Shown piece after piece: positions 12,510 through 27,870 of a stretch of 64,000 nucleotides of DNA. The stretch comes from Eledone cirrhosa (lineage: Eukaryota), in the NCBI GenBank assembly GCA_964016885.1, contig OZ024753.1, positions 7,006,001-7,070,000 on the forward strand, in the 5' to 3' direction. A model generated the notes under the pieces. That model was not told the DNA's origin. It saw nothing but the letters and a program-made list of their open reading frames with translations, and made no database searches. Each line of letters begins with the position of its first letter. Position 1 is the first letter of the stretch. Made by a program: the position numbers and the translations under genes.

Positions 12510-12855
12510 CTTTATGTATGTATGGACTCATAACTCCTGATGGGATTGTAGAACTCGCTGTAGCAGTATACAGCGTTCCTAGTGTATTTCTATGAACCTG
12601 TCCGAGACCATCTCCACTCCATTTCTGAATACATCAGATTTCTACCAGAGATGGATAGTAGAGAATGGAAGTGAGAAAGATATATAGAAGAAGAATCGAC
12701 CCCAGCACTACTCTGGTACATTTTTTATCGACCTCGAATGGATGGAAAGCAAATTGATCTCGACTGAATTTGAACTCAGAGAGAAGATAGCCGGAGCGAA
12801 CGAATACTGCAAAGTATTATATACGACGTTCTAACGATTCTGCCAATTCGCGGTT
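12510..12855 (-). mobile_element. Divergent SINE A-related subfamily with an extended 3' segment
   Basis: SINE head and body at 12695-12855. The flank TATGGACTCATAACTCCTGAT...GAGACCATCTC...AGATTTC..CCAGAGA is shared with 23275-23530. Confidence 0.55.
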
Positions 12856-13282
12856 TTAAACCTTTCTATAGGGGGCACAAATAATATTTTACAGGGCGGA
12901 GTGTCCCCCAGAGCAATTTGCAGAATATGAGAACTGATGATAGGTTATTTACAGCTCGATTCATTAGTCGATTCATTTGGTAGAATTTCCTTCACTAGAT
13001 CCACATAGAAGCATGCCTCTCACGACTACTTCCTACCAGACCTCACTCAACCTTATAAAACACATGCGACATGTGAAAGTAACATTTTCATTTCATTTAT
13101 AAAACAAAAACGTAGTTCTGAATATAATAATTATTTAGTTTTGGCACAAGCCAGTAATTATCACAGTACGTTACTGGTACTTTATTTTATCGACCCTTTA
13201 AGGATGAAAGGCAAAGTTACCCTCGACGGGATTTGAACTCAGAACGTAAAGGGCCATAACTCAAATATCCACAGCTCCTTGA

Positions 13283-13725
13283 TCAACACGAACACTAACA
13301 CCACATAGAATTAACATAGAGAGAAACAGGACCAAAACAACACCACGAACTCCTTAACCACAAATAACCACAACACCACCATCAACACTAACACAAGAAC
13401 ACCACATAGAAGGAACATACAGAGAAACAGTACCAAAACAACAACACGAACTCCTTAACCACAAATAACCACAACACCACCATCAACACTGACACAACAC
13501 CACCACATAGAATTAACATACAGAGAAACAGTACCAAAACAACAACACGAACTCCTTAACCACAAATAACCACAACACCACCATCAACACTGACACAACA
13601 CCACCACATAGAATCAACATACAGAGAAACAGGACCAAAACAGCAACACGAACTCCTTAACCACAAATAACCACAACACCACCATCAACACTAACACAAG
13701 AACACCACATAGAATCAACATACAA
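13283..13725. repeat. 101-bp minisatellite, about 4.4 copies
   Basis: AGAGAAACAG recurs at 13320, 13421, 13522 and 13623. The same unit occurs at 53925-54165. Confidence 0.9.
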
Positions 13726-13889
13726 CCATAAATAAACAGAAACAAAACAACACACACAGCAAAGTTTGTTCCAATGAGGAGGGGCAATGAAGAATTGATG
13801 CCCCTCATAACAAGAAATGGGGTTATTGAAAGAATTGGAGAAGTAGAAGAGGTTTGGTGCAACAGCAGCTTTACGTTGCCATAATCATT

Positions 13890-15415
13890 AATAATTGTTT
13901 CTACTTTTGGCACAGGGCCAGCAATTATCCCAGTGCATTACTGGTAGGTACCTTATTTTATCGACACCGTAAGGATGAAAGGCAAAGTTAACTTCGGCGG
14001 GATTTGAACTCTGAACATAAAAGGCCGTAACTCTTTTAATGGTTTCTTATATAGGCACAAGGCCAGCACTTTTTGGGAAGGGGAAAGTCGATTAAATTTA
14101 CCCCAGTGCGTGACTGGTACGTTATTTTATCGACCCCCGTAAGGATGAAAGGCAAAGTTAACCTCGGCGGGATTTGAACTCAGACCGTAAAGGGACGTAA
14201 CTATGCTGTAAAGCGTGGCGTCCGACCCTCCTCAGCATGCGATAAGGTTTCGACTTTAAGCTGGAAACGTTGAGTTACTCCACTTACATGAAATTCACAT
14301 AAATAAAGCAATGACATTCAACTATCTTTTTTTTTTTAATCATTGCTGATGTCATGTTTATCAATATCAATACACAACTTTAACAACCTCTATCAACATA
14401 TATTACTGTCTTTTACCATGACTCTTTAATAGCATATATATAAATATCTATTGAAATCAATAACTACCTTTATATCTATCAATCTCCATGCATATAACTA
14501 TATCTATAGTCATGTTAAAGTGCATTCATGTGTATGGATATCCATGTCTAGCTGTAGTCATGTCTATAAATATTCATCTCTGAAACAAAATTATTATACT
14601 TTCTGTTTCAGAGAAATAAAAATACATTTGCTACATGACTAAATCAACATGTGGTAAATACTTTCGGAAACCAAAGCCCTTTTCATTCACCTACATTTAT
14701 TTTTTTACCTTAATGTTTAATTTACAATTTTTTATTTACAGTAATAATTGTTTCTACTTTTGGCACAAGGCCAGCAATCATCCCAGTGTATTACTGGTAC
14801 TTTATTTTATCGACCTCGTAAGGATGAAAGACAAAGTTAACCTCGGCGGGATTTGAACTCTGAACATAAAGGGCCGTACTTCTTTTAATGGTTCCTTATA
14901 TCGGCACAAGCCCAGCAATTTTGGGGGAAGGGAAAGTCGATTAATTAGGCTCCAGTGCGTGACTGGTACGTTTTTTATCGAATCCGTAAGGATGAAAGGC
15001 AGAATTTGAACTCAGATAATAAAGGGACGAAACCCTATGCCATAAAACATATTGTTGACGCCCCACCAATACTGTTGATATGAAAATGTTTGTTGTGGCG
15101 TTCTTTATTAATTTTATTTCATAGAAAATCATCTTATAGGCAGGATTTGACTAAAATTCACAGCATTTGTTGTGTAAACCCTAACCCATAGCTATTAAGG
15201 GTTTTCTAACTTAAACACAAGGCCAACAAATTAGTGGGAGGGGAATGTCGAGTACAGCAACCTCTGTACATTACTGGTACATGATCGACCCTATAAGGAT
15301 GAAAAGCAAGACTAATCTCGTGGGAAGGGGATTTGATATGAGAGCGAAAAGGACCTTAACTATATGCCATGAAACATTTCGTCCGACTCCCTAGCAATAC
15401 TACATATCCACCGAC
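13890..15415 (-). mobile_element. Five SINE A copies, including two dimers with a shared junction
   Basis: Dimers at 13890-14230 and 14742-15075, single copy at 15200-15415. Confidence 0.8.
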
Positions 15416-16191
15416 CTCACTTTTTGTATAGCGAAAACACCAATCAAACATGGGCGGCATAAGACCATGAATTGGCGGGATAAAAAAAGTCTTAAATATT
15501 TGATTTAGTTATCGATATGTTTTAGTGAAAGATTGACAAAGAATATTTACCTTAATCTGTAACACTCAGTAAAATGTACGAGGTACTCATTACTAAATTT
15601 TAAGATCGAACTTCCAAAAAGTTAGCTTAGTGAGGCTTCCCACGTTTGTACCGAATTCAAATTGCAAAGAAAACTAGAATAATGGACGCAGCTGAAAGAT
15701 ACCGCTAGGTGGAGTGGCTGTCGCCCCACCCCCTCTTCCTTTCCTCTCGTTGTCTAATTTTTTATTTCATTTTCTTACTTTTCTTTTTCTTCTATTCTTC
15801 GTTTTCTTATTGCTCTAGAATAAATATGCCTTCAGGTAAAAAAATTAAAAAAATACAATATTGTACCATACTAATATGATTTTCGTCCCGCACTTGCTGA
15901 ATTACGACATAATATTACCCAATTATTTATATTGTTTTTCATAATTATAGTTTCAAGGCTCCCCTATAATAAATAGCTTAAATAGATTTAGCTAATGTCT
16001 CTGAATGCAGATGGCCTCGAAAAGATAAGATTTTTGCAGAACATTTCTATTTTTCTCCTGCGCAATTTTTTCTATATTTTTGTATATTTAGTTAATGACA
16101 GAGTCAACAAAATTTCGGTAAGCATAGTGAAGTACAGTATATGCTTTGGTGAGGGAGATATAATATGAATAAACTTACTGAATACATCAAA

Positions 16192-17312
16192 ATAATTGTT
16201 TCTACTTTAGGCACAAGGCCAGCAATTAACCAGTGCATTACTGGTACTTAATTTTATCCACCCCGTAAGTATGAAAGGCAAAGTCAACCTCAGCGAGATT
16301 TGAACTCAGATCGTAAAGGGACGTAACTATGCTGGAAAGCATGGCGTCCGACCCTCCACTGATACTGCCAATCCACCGCCCTGAATACATCAAAATAATG
16401 ATTTCTACTAAAGACACCCGTCCAGCAATTTGGGGGAGGGGAAAGTCAATTAAATCGACCCCACTGCATTACTGGTGCTTTAATTTATCAACCCCGTAAG
16501 GTTGAAAGGCAAAGCTAACCTCGGTCAGATTTCAACTCAGAACAATATTATGTATGTATGGACACGTAACTCTAGAGGGAGTCCTTCCTCATACGGCCCG
16601 CCGACATTCCGATCTTGGGAAGGAGCGTAACTGTATGGGGTCCAAGTACCCCTGAGGTCTCGGCGGCTACAGGTGCGATGAGGAAGCAGTCGGACAAACC
16701 CCGGTATTTGTCTATTTTACGTTCTTCTGCGAGGTGGGCCGCAATGTTGGGATTTGAACTCAGAACGTAAAGGACCGTAACTATAAGCTGCAAAACATGT
16801 CGGACGCTGTACAGATTCTGCCAATCTACCAGCCTTAATTTTTTTATTAATAATTGTTTCTACTTTAGGCACAAGGCCAGCAAATTTTGGGGGAAGGGAA
16901 AGTCGATTAAATCGACACCAGTGTGTTACTGGTACTTTATTTTATCAACCCTGTAAGGATGAAAGGCAAAGCTAGCCTCGGCGGGATTTGAACGCAGAAC
17001 GTAAAGGGCCGTAACGCTCTGCTACAAAGTATGTTGTCCGGCGCTTAACCGATACTGCCAACCACCACTCTTAAGTTTTTATTAGTAATGATTTCTAGTA
17101 TAAGCAGAAGGCCAGTAATTGGAGGGCGGAGGGGGAGTCGATTAATTCAACCCCCAGTACGTTACTGGTGGTTTATTTTATCAACCCTGTAAGGATGAAA
17201 GTCAAAGCTAACATTGGCGAGATTTGAATTCAGAACGTAAAGGTCCGTAACTCTATGCCGCTAAGCATGTTTGCCTTCCGACGCTCTACAGATTTTCCTA
17301 ATCTACCAGCCT
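16192..17312 (-). mobile_element. Array of five SINE A copies; the first is flanked by the about 19-bp direct repeat CTGAATACATCAAAATAAT (TSD)
   Basis: Family motifs, with the direct repeat at about 16178 and 16381. Confidence 0.8.
16573..16747 (-). pseudogene. CRE-clade non-LTR retrotransposon fragment (C-terminal restriction-like endonuclease region)
   Basis: AAHLAEERKIDKYRGLSDCFLIAPVAAETSGVLGP matches the CRE-type motif AA..AE..K..KY..L....F.PVA.ET.G..G. Confidence 0.65.
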
Positions 17313-17482
17313 TACATCTTTGTTACTAATAACTGATATCAAGACCCCTAGACTTTTGCCGAAATAACATCAATGGATCTTCAGTAGAACAAACAGATTG
17401 CGCTCACTTCAAGGTTGTTCTCTCTCTCTTAATATATATATGTATAGAGGGTGAGGGGGAGGGTGGCTGGAAAGAAGAAGCG

Positions 17483-17690
17483 GCGCGTGGCTGAGTGGTT
17501 AGAGAATTGGATTAGCAATCGTGAGGTTGTGATTTCGTTTCTCGGAACAGGCGATACGTTATGTCATTGAGCAAGTCACTTTATTTCATGTAGTTCCTTC
17601 TGCCTGGATTTGCGACCACCGGTTAGTATTAGCAACTTGAAAGACCAATGGAAACATTGTTACCTCGGTCCGATATGACGGCTCCACCCC
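17483..17690 (+). mobile_element. SINE family B copy (more diverged)
   Basis: GGCGCGTGGCTGAGTGGTTAGAG ... TGTCATTGAGCAAGTCACTT ... CCTCGGTCCGAT. Confidence 0.75.
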
Positions 17691-17738
17691 ATTCGTTAAG
17701 CGAATAAGATCCGCGATCTTATCGATCGAGTGTATATT

Positions 17739-17775
<37 letters not shown>

Positions 17776-17777
<2 letters not shown>

Positions 17778-17982
17778 CGAAGGAATTGTGGTAAGGAACC
17801 AGGTGGACCATAACGCACCAAAGTACTCAATACTTAGGGTAGTAGAGTGGGTAATAGGAACGAGTAGGACCCCGACGGCTGAGCTCAAACCGTGTCGACG
17901 GCTAATTCTGGATTTTTTTTTAGTCCAGAATTAGCCGTCAAAACGGCTTGAGCTCAGCCGTCGGGGTTCTACTCGTTCCTAT
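17776..17982. mobile_element. (TA)n-embedded repeat element ending in a fold-back with about 60-bp arms (17854-17982)
   Basis: AACGAAGGAA.TGTGGTAAG.AACCAGGTGGACCATAACGCAC... also occurs at 19068 and 58378, each starting immediately after (TA)n. Confidence 0.75.
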
Positions 17983-18009
17983 ATATATATATATATATAT
18001 ATATATAGC

Positions 18010-18040
<31 letters not shown>

Positions 18041-19067
18041 GAGGAAACAAGAGAAGAAAAATAATATATATACATACATACATTCACACACACACACACA
18101 CATGTATATATATATAGAGAGAGAGATAAAGAGTGAGAGCACGAAGAATTCATCATTCATCTATTGAGATGAAGCGTTGTGTGGTCCAAAATATGCTATA
18201 TATTCATTTTCATTATTTTGTTCGTTCTTTGCTTGGCTGCTCTTTTCCTTCCATTCTATCTTCATTTTATTCATTTCAAATTTTTTTTCACATTCGACAG
18301 CCAAAACAAAGGCGATTATCAATTTCTTTCTAAACAGTGGTATTTCACTTTCAGTATTTTTTATTTTTTATATATTTGCTTCTATTTGTTTCTTTCTATT
18401 CAATTTTCAATCATATATATTCTTCCTAACTTATTATTTTGCAGCTTTTATTTAAAGTCTATTTGTTTGTTTTTTTATTGTTTTTTTTTATTGTTTTTTT
18501 GTTTGTTTGTTATATATACATTTTTTTTTGGTTTCACCTCACCCATCTCTCTCTCTCTCTCTCTCTCTCTCTTCTAGGTTCTCCATCATTCCTTTTGTCT
18601 TTCACTACCAACCTATATATTCCTCTGTTTGTCTGGCTATAGTCTCTCCCTCTTTCTACACCCTGGCTCTCTTCGAATCACGCAGAAACACCCCTCTCTC
18701 TCTCTCTCTATCCCACTCTCAGTCTCTGCCCCCCACCCCCCTCCCCTCTCTCTCTTCCTTTCTTTGTTAACCAAATGAAAAGTATGAAACTGAATAACAA
18801 AACGAAGTGAACAAATATAAGAACGGAACGAAATAACAAAACAAACAAAAAGCGAAGTAAAAAATAAATACCAAAGAATTCAGCGCAAAGAACACAAGAA
18901 ATAATATCTAACACAATAGAAATAAGAACAACAACAATAACAACTGTAACAACAAAGACGATAAAACATTCTAACATAGAAAATAATATATATATATATA
19001 AATATGGATTTATATATATATATATACATATATATGCATATATATACATATATATATGTATATATAT

Positions 19068-19197
19068 AACGAAGGAAATGTGGTAAGGAACCAGGTGGAC
19101 CATAACGCACCAAAGTACTCAATACCTAGGGTAGTAGAGTGGGTAATAGGAACCAGTAAGACCCCGACGGTTCCTATGTATATAGTTACTGGTTCCT
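19068..19197. mobile_element. Second copy of the 17776 element, with a partial fold-back end
   Basis: Near-identical first 100 bp. ATAGGAACCAGTAA is inverted as TTACTGGTTCCTAT at 19185-19198. Confidence 0.75.
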
Positions 19198-21391
<2,194 letters not shown>

Positions 21392-21733
21392 AACGATAAT
21401 AATAATGATAATAACAACAACAAAAAAAACAATGGATGGAAAGTAAATAAAGACACGATTATAGAAAAGGTTGTAAGTTTTTGGTGAGAAATTGAAACAA
21501 CTGGAAGGCAGTGATGCGAGTGGATATAACCGAACAACAAGCTAAGTGTAGTTGATGGATGTTGAACGTTTTGTTTGCCGAATAAAAACCACTTGCATGG
21601 CTCCATGGCTTCAGGGTTATTGTATGCAGGGGAATAAATAGCCATCTGTTAACTTGGCATTCGTGAGTGTTTTTAACCGTTCATTTCCTCGCGCCAGCTG
21701 ACCGACTGTTAATTTCTGGCAAGAATCTGTATG

Positions 21734-21823
<90 letters not shown>

Positions 21824-21876
21824 ATGTATGTATGTATGTATGTATGTATGTATGTATGTATGTATGTATGTATGCA

Positions 21877-21950
<74 letters not shown>

Positions 21951-21954
21951 ATAT

Positions 21955-22020
21955 GTAGGAGGTGAGTTTTATTGTAGAACAATAAAGCAATGCAAATATC
22001 CAATAAGTAGCACTCAACAG
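21955..22020 (-). mobile_element. 3'-end fragment of the hammerhead-bearing family seen at 50062-50336
   Basis: GTAGGAGGTGAGTTTTATTGTAG.ACAAT.AAG.A.TGCA.ATATC..ATAAG.AGCACTC.ACAG is shared with 50062-50128. (TA)n on both sides. Confidence 0.7.
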
Positions 22021-22289
22021 TATATATATATATATAATTTTTAATGTATAATAAACAATACAGTATAACTACTTCATTGTCTATGTTAACATAGACTATG
22101 TTTTAAATTGCCTTGTCTGATAAACGAATGCGGACGTTTCTTGTATTCGTCTTATTAGGTAATGAGGTAATTATACTGTATTATTTTTATATATTAAATA
22201 TTTAGCTCTGTAATTTACATAGAGCACTCTTCATTCCTCTGACGTTTTCAATTTCCAACGGAAACTTCAATACTTATATATGTGTGTGC

Positions 22290-22332
<43 letters not shown>

Positions 22333-22498
22333 TGTGTGTGTGTGTGTGTGCGTGCGCGTGCGTGTGTGTGTCAATTGCCTTTTATTTTAATTATAATAAA
22401 TGATTGGATTTATTCCTTAGAATCTTTGAGCTTATTCTACAGGACCTATGGCGCATGTTTTTGATATTCTCAGACATGACATCTTTAATTTAATTTTG

Positions 22499-22543
<45 letters not shown>

Positions 22544-22720
22544 AACCTGTTTAGCCTGTTCGTTTGTTCGGGTCCTGTGGCTTGTGACTCCACAACCATT
22601 GTTTTCAATTTTGTCTGGCCTTTATAACACACGTTAATTGCTTTGGCTGCTTCCTAGACCATTGAGCGCTTGCCGGCGTATCTAGAAGATTGCCTTTTTT
22701 TTTGGCCACCGCCGAAATTA

Positions 22721-22769
<49 letters not shown>

Positions 22770-23551
22770 TATTTTTTTTTTATTTTGGCTAAATAGTGAG
22801 TCTTATTACTTTGGAATTTCTTACTGTGCCATCACTATTTAGACTTAATAAAATGAATATTTTGACTCTACTTCGGTAATAAATACTCTTTTAGCTCGGC
22901 CATCCCCTAATTCAACGCATTAGTTGCCCTGATAACATCATCCTCTCATCTATTCTGTAATCGATAGGCTGACAGATTAAATGCCTTCCATTCTATCTTC
23001 AGCCAATTCGTGAGCAGGTTACGTGATTAGATCATATTATTAATTACTCTTACGGAGGTTATTTACAGCAGTAAGATTCATTAGTCAATTACACAACGCT
23101 GTCCACATTTACAGTGGTGTGAAATATACTCTGCTATACATTATTATTTGTAGATTGACTTGATATTTGAGAACTAGAAATGTTTGAGAAGGAAGAAAAA
23201 TCATAGAGATGGTAAGTTTCAACCACCCAAATATAGGCTCCAATTCTGCTTCAACATATCTGCCAGAACCCACCTTTTGTATGTTTTTATGGTCCCGTAA
23301 CTACTGATAGAGGCGTTTCTTGGGCATTTTAAGCCTAGCGGAGACCATCTCTCTCGAGGACTGAGTACAGAAGATTTCGTCCAGAGAGACTGGTACTTTT
23401 CTATCGACCTCGAAAGATTGAGAGGCAAATCTGATCTCCGTGTGATTTGAACTCAGAGAGTGGAGATCGGGAAAGAATACCTTAAAGCATTCTATCCGAC
23501 GTTCTAACGACTCTGCCAATTCGCTGCCCAGATACCCTCCTACACCAATTA

Positions 23552-23743
23552 AATAATTGTTTCTAGTTTTGGCACAAGGAAAGAAATTATCCTGTACATT
23601 ATTGGTACTTTATTTCATCGACCCCGTAAGGGTGAAAGTCAAAGTTAACCTCGGTGGGATTTGAACTCAGTCCGTAAATGGACGTAACTCTATTCTGGAA
23701 AGCATGGCTTCCGATCTCTACCAATACTCCCAATCCACTGCCC
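23552..23743 (-). mobile_element. SINE family A copy
   Basis: Family motifs. Confidence 0.8.
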
Positions 23744-23760
23744 TAATAATAGACTGACTT

Positions 23761-24420
23761 AATGTTTGAGAACTTCAAGAAACCATACAAATGTTAAGAT
23801 TCAGCTACCGGGCTGTAGGTTTCAATTCTCTTTCAATATATCCTGCTACACATTACGGAATGTTTTAGTAATAGAAATGTTTGAAGACGAACACACACCC
23901 TGTCGATGGTAAGAATCCGCTACCTGGCTCTAGGTTTCAATTCTACTTTAATATATACTGCTACACATATTTCTTGAAAGATTGACGGAATGTTTTAGAA
24001 ATACTAATGTTTGAATAAGAACAAATACCATACAGATGGTATAATTCAGCCATCGGGCTTTAGATTTCAATTCTATTTCCATATATCCTGCCACACATAT
24101 TTCTTGAGAGATTGACAAATGTTTGAGACGAACACACACCCTATAGATGGTAAGATACAGCTGCCACGCTCTAGGTTTCAATTCTACTTTAATATATCTT
24201 GTTAGACATGACGGATTGTTTTAGAAATACAAATGTTTGAAGACTAACAAACACCCTGTAGATGGTAAGATTCAGCCTCAGGGGTCTAGGTTTATGTTGT
24301 GCTTTACTATACCCTGCTACAACCTTGCTATACACATCTATTGATAGACAGAGTGATTCAATGTTTGAAAACTATGAAAGATTCCACCCCCGGACTCTAG
24401 GCTTCAATTCTATTTCACTA
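23761..24420. repeat. Degenerate tandem repeat, unit about 110-130 bp, about 6 copies
   Basis: AATGTTTGA...GATGGTAAGAT.CAGC...CTAGGTTTCAATTCTA recurs at about 23761, 23877, 24007, 24118, 24232 and 24361, with an outlier near 23180. Confidence 0.8.
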
Positions 24421-25108
24421 TCCACTCGGTGCCAATGTGAAGAGCTAAAGTAAATGTAAGAAGAAACGAGAGAAGGAAACGTCAAAACTAAAGTAACTGT
24501 ATTAACATTTCACTCCATTATGTTCCTGGTAATTATGTGTTAATGTTCAAATTTCTATGAGTAGACATTCTATGCTTCTATCTTCTCTGGTTTCCGTTCG
24601 ATGACGTTTTAACAATTTAATGCAAGAGACAGCATACAAGGGGCAATGTATGTAATTAGCGTCCAGTATATAGACTAATATATATTGCCTCTCGCAACTT
24701 TAACACAAACCTGAAATGACTAAGAAACAGTCGTCTGTTGAATTAATCTTAATTCCTTTCCCTAAGATATCGGAGATTTACATAAAGACAGTATATATTT
24801 TTTTTTTGTTTCAGGGAAAAGTGTGTCACATACAATCTGCTTCGTTGGAGAAAATGTATGTATTTAGTATTCTTTTTTCGTTGTTATTCGTAATTTTTTT
24901 TTTCTTTTGCTTCGTTTTTTTGTTGGTTTTCTTTCTTTGAGTTTTTTTGTTGTAATTACGCTGAAGAATTTATAAAAATAATGGCCACTGGAAGAATGGA
25001 ACGCGCCAAAAAGATGGCAAAGATGTCGTTCTTAATGCTGGAAAACAGCAGTGGCTTACAACAACGAAATCTCTCTCTGTCTCTGTGGTGTGTGTGTGTA
25101 TATATATG

Positions 25109-25289
<181 letters not shown>

Positions 25290-25303
25290 CTATATATATA
25301 GAC

Positions 25304-25345
<42 letters not shown>

Positions 25346-25470
25346 TAATATATATATATATACATATCTATATATATATATATATAAATATATATAAATA
25401 TATATAAACAGAAAAAATGAAACGAAATTTCATTTCTCACTCTTAGTAGTACGGCTGTTACTTATACATA

Positions 25471-25524
<54 letters not shown>

Positions 25525-25938
25525 TAAATATATATAAATATATATATATATGATACGAGACAAACTGCAAACGCTCCATCTCAATTATACTTTTGAAAAG
25601 TATAAGAACTGTGAAATCGGTAAAGGAAACACATAAATATTCTTAAAAAGACTCCAGTTGTATTTTCAATTACGTTTCCTTATACTTTCACCCGTGTAGG
25701 ACATCTTGTTATATTTTTTATTAAAAAAAACGTTATTTTCTTATATATATATATATATATATATGAACAAATTTAGTCCTTCATCAGTGATTTTCCAGCC
25801 TTCATTGGTATTTCATCGCTTTAAAGACCATATACCTCTGGCTGGTACGAGCAACGACTAAAGAAAGTCGTTGTGGCACGTAAATAGGGGAACGAGCGAT
25901 ACAGTAAACACACAAATATGGTAATGAAACGAAAAGTG

Positions 25939-26200
25939 AGGAAGAAGGAGTCAAGTCTCTGAAATTAATGAACATAAGTTCTGTGAAATCGTGGAAGAGA
26001 GAGAATAAAGACCATCAAACCTGGTCGAAATGTGAGTAAGGAAAGAATTTCGCACAGGTCAAACGGGAGGAAGAAGGAGTCAAGTCCCTGAAATCGATGA
26101 ACATAAGTTCTGTGAAATCGTAGACGAGAGAGAATAAAGACCATCCGACCTGGTCATGTGACTGAGGAAAGAATCTCGCACAGGTCAAACGGGAGGAAGT
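25939..26200. repeat. About 129-bp tandem duplication
   Basis: GAGGAAGAAGGAGTCAAGTC..TGAAAT..ATGAACATAAGTTCTGTGAAATCGT occurs twice. Confidence 0.85.
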
Positions 26201-26385
26201 AGGAGAGGGAGTAGCAGAGAGTGAGTGAGTGAAAGTGTGAGGAAGAGGCTAACAAAGAGAGTGAGTGGTAGAGAGGGTCAAAGGAAATGAGAGATATAGA
26301 GAAAAGGGGAAGCAGTAAGAAAGAAACAGTCGGCTCGCAGCGGAGGAAAATATATATGAAAAATATGAAAACATGGCGTGCTGTG

Positions 26386-26417
<32 letters not shown>

Positions 26418-27287
26418 GTAGAATAATCGAGTATCGAAAAATTGGCGCACGAGTTCACGATAAACAAAATTCAATATGAGCGGCAGAGGGCTCCATAATT
26501 TAGATAAATCAGAGCTATAACTATCGTTAAAATACCGTCACACATAGAACAAGTCTATAATCAACCGTACGATCGAAAAGTTGCGATCTGGAAGATTCGG
26601 GACACTCAGATAAAAAATCAATAAATCAATAAGTCAAATGAATGTAAAAAGCATACCCGGACCCGCTAGAAAGATGTTAAATCTAGCTTCTTGGGTTTCT
26701 GTAAATCCTTAAACTGTTCTCTATCAGCTCACATACAAATATATAAGATTTCTAGGTACCAGTGGACAGGAAATTTACTTCTTCAACGAGCTTTGTCCAA
26801 ACGAATGAAAAGGCATAACCCAAGCTAAATACGCACATGGAATTCGGCAAGGGAGATGACCTCTATATCCGCGAAAAATATTCGGGAAAATGTGGAAATA
26901 CACATATCGAATAAGAGTGCTCAATAGACATATATATATATATATAGTGGTATTTCCATTTTTATGGTGATAGGAAGATTTTACTGCTCTATCTAGCAAG
27001 TCGAAAACTATGTCGATGCTCGCTTGTATTGTAATGTGTGAGCAAATGTTAATCACCATTCTGAGAAAGGTACCCTAGTGGAAATCCTTAATTATAATTA
27101 AAGCATGCGTCACAATATAATAGACTGACCAATGTACGTGTTAGATTTTCACTAAAGGGATCGTTTCCAGGTAATCCCTTATTCATGATCACGTGATAGT
27201 AAAGCAATTCACAACATATACAAAAGCTCGCTACCACACAGACTTAAACACACGCACACATACGTATATATACATAGATACATACGA

Positions 27288-27870
27288 TGGCTGCCCCTCG
27301 TTATTGAGTATGGTCATTGCCCGATACACCATTATTAATAATTAATTAATTCTATCGTGCAATGCCTGTGCGTGAAGATATTTTTTAAAGTGAGGAAAAA
27401 CTGTGCACTGAGCCAATCCCACTCTCTGAGCGACAGTAGCTATAACCCGAAAATAAGAAAATATCAACATCATCGGTAACTACTGAGCCGCAGGTTTTAT
27501 ATCGGAGTTATCTCAGTTTCCTGAGTTGCCTTCTCCTAGAAGAATGCCCTGACAAACGCTAGGAGTCCTTCACTCCCAGTGGTTTAACCGCGCGTTCGGG
27601 TGTCCAGCCCGACTATTTCTATGTACCCGCCTATATACATACATATGTACATCTGTATATATACATATTTAAACACTTTTGGATGGCAGTTGAATCTTAT
27701 GAGTTCTTCCGCCCTTTGTCAGGTTTTGTTTTCTTGTCCTGCAGAGTGTCCAGAATCACCCACCTCACCAAGTAAACTTGGTGGGGTTGCCGGTTTAGTC
27801 GCCGACGACCCGACCATGCAACAGGTTGTACTGCGTTACATGTTACCAGTAAAACTCAAGAGTGACCCAA
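27288..27870. mobile_element. Probable decayed retroelement UTR fragments (RTE 5'-UTR-like)
   Basis: GC-richer islands (GGCTGCCCCTCG, GAGTTGCCTTCTCCTAG) reminiscent of RTE 5' regions. Recognised from memory only; no ORF support. Confidence 0.3.

Noticed and set aside
12520-12650. Possible minus-strand exon (KWSGDGLGQVHRNTL...)
   Set aside because: Homologous to 23275-23390 next to the same SINE subfamily, so it is repeat-derived.
22965-23005. Minus-strand CUGAAGA hairpin
   Set aside because: No GAAA box or matching stem I.
26330-26490. YY1-like AACATGGCG motif and CpG-containing patch as a promoter
   Set aside because: A short motif expected by chance, with no downstream gene identified.
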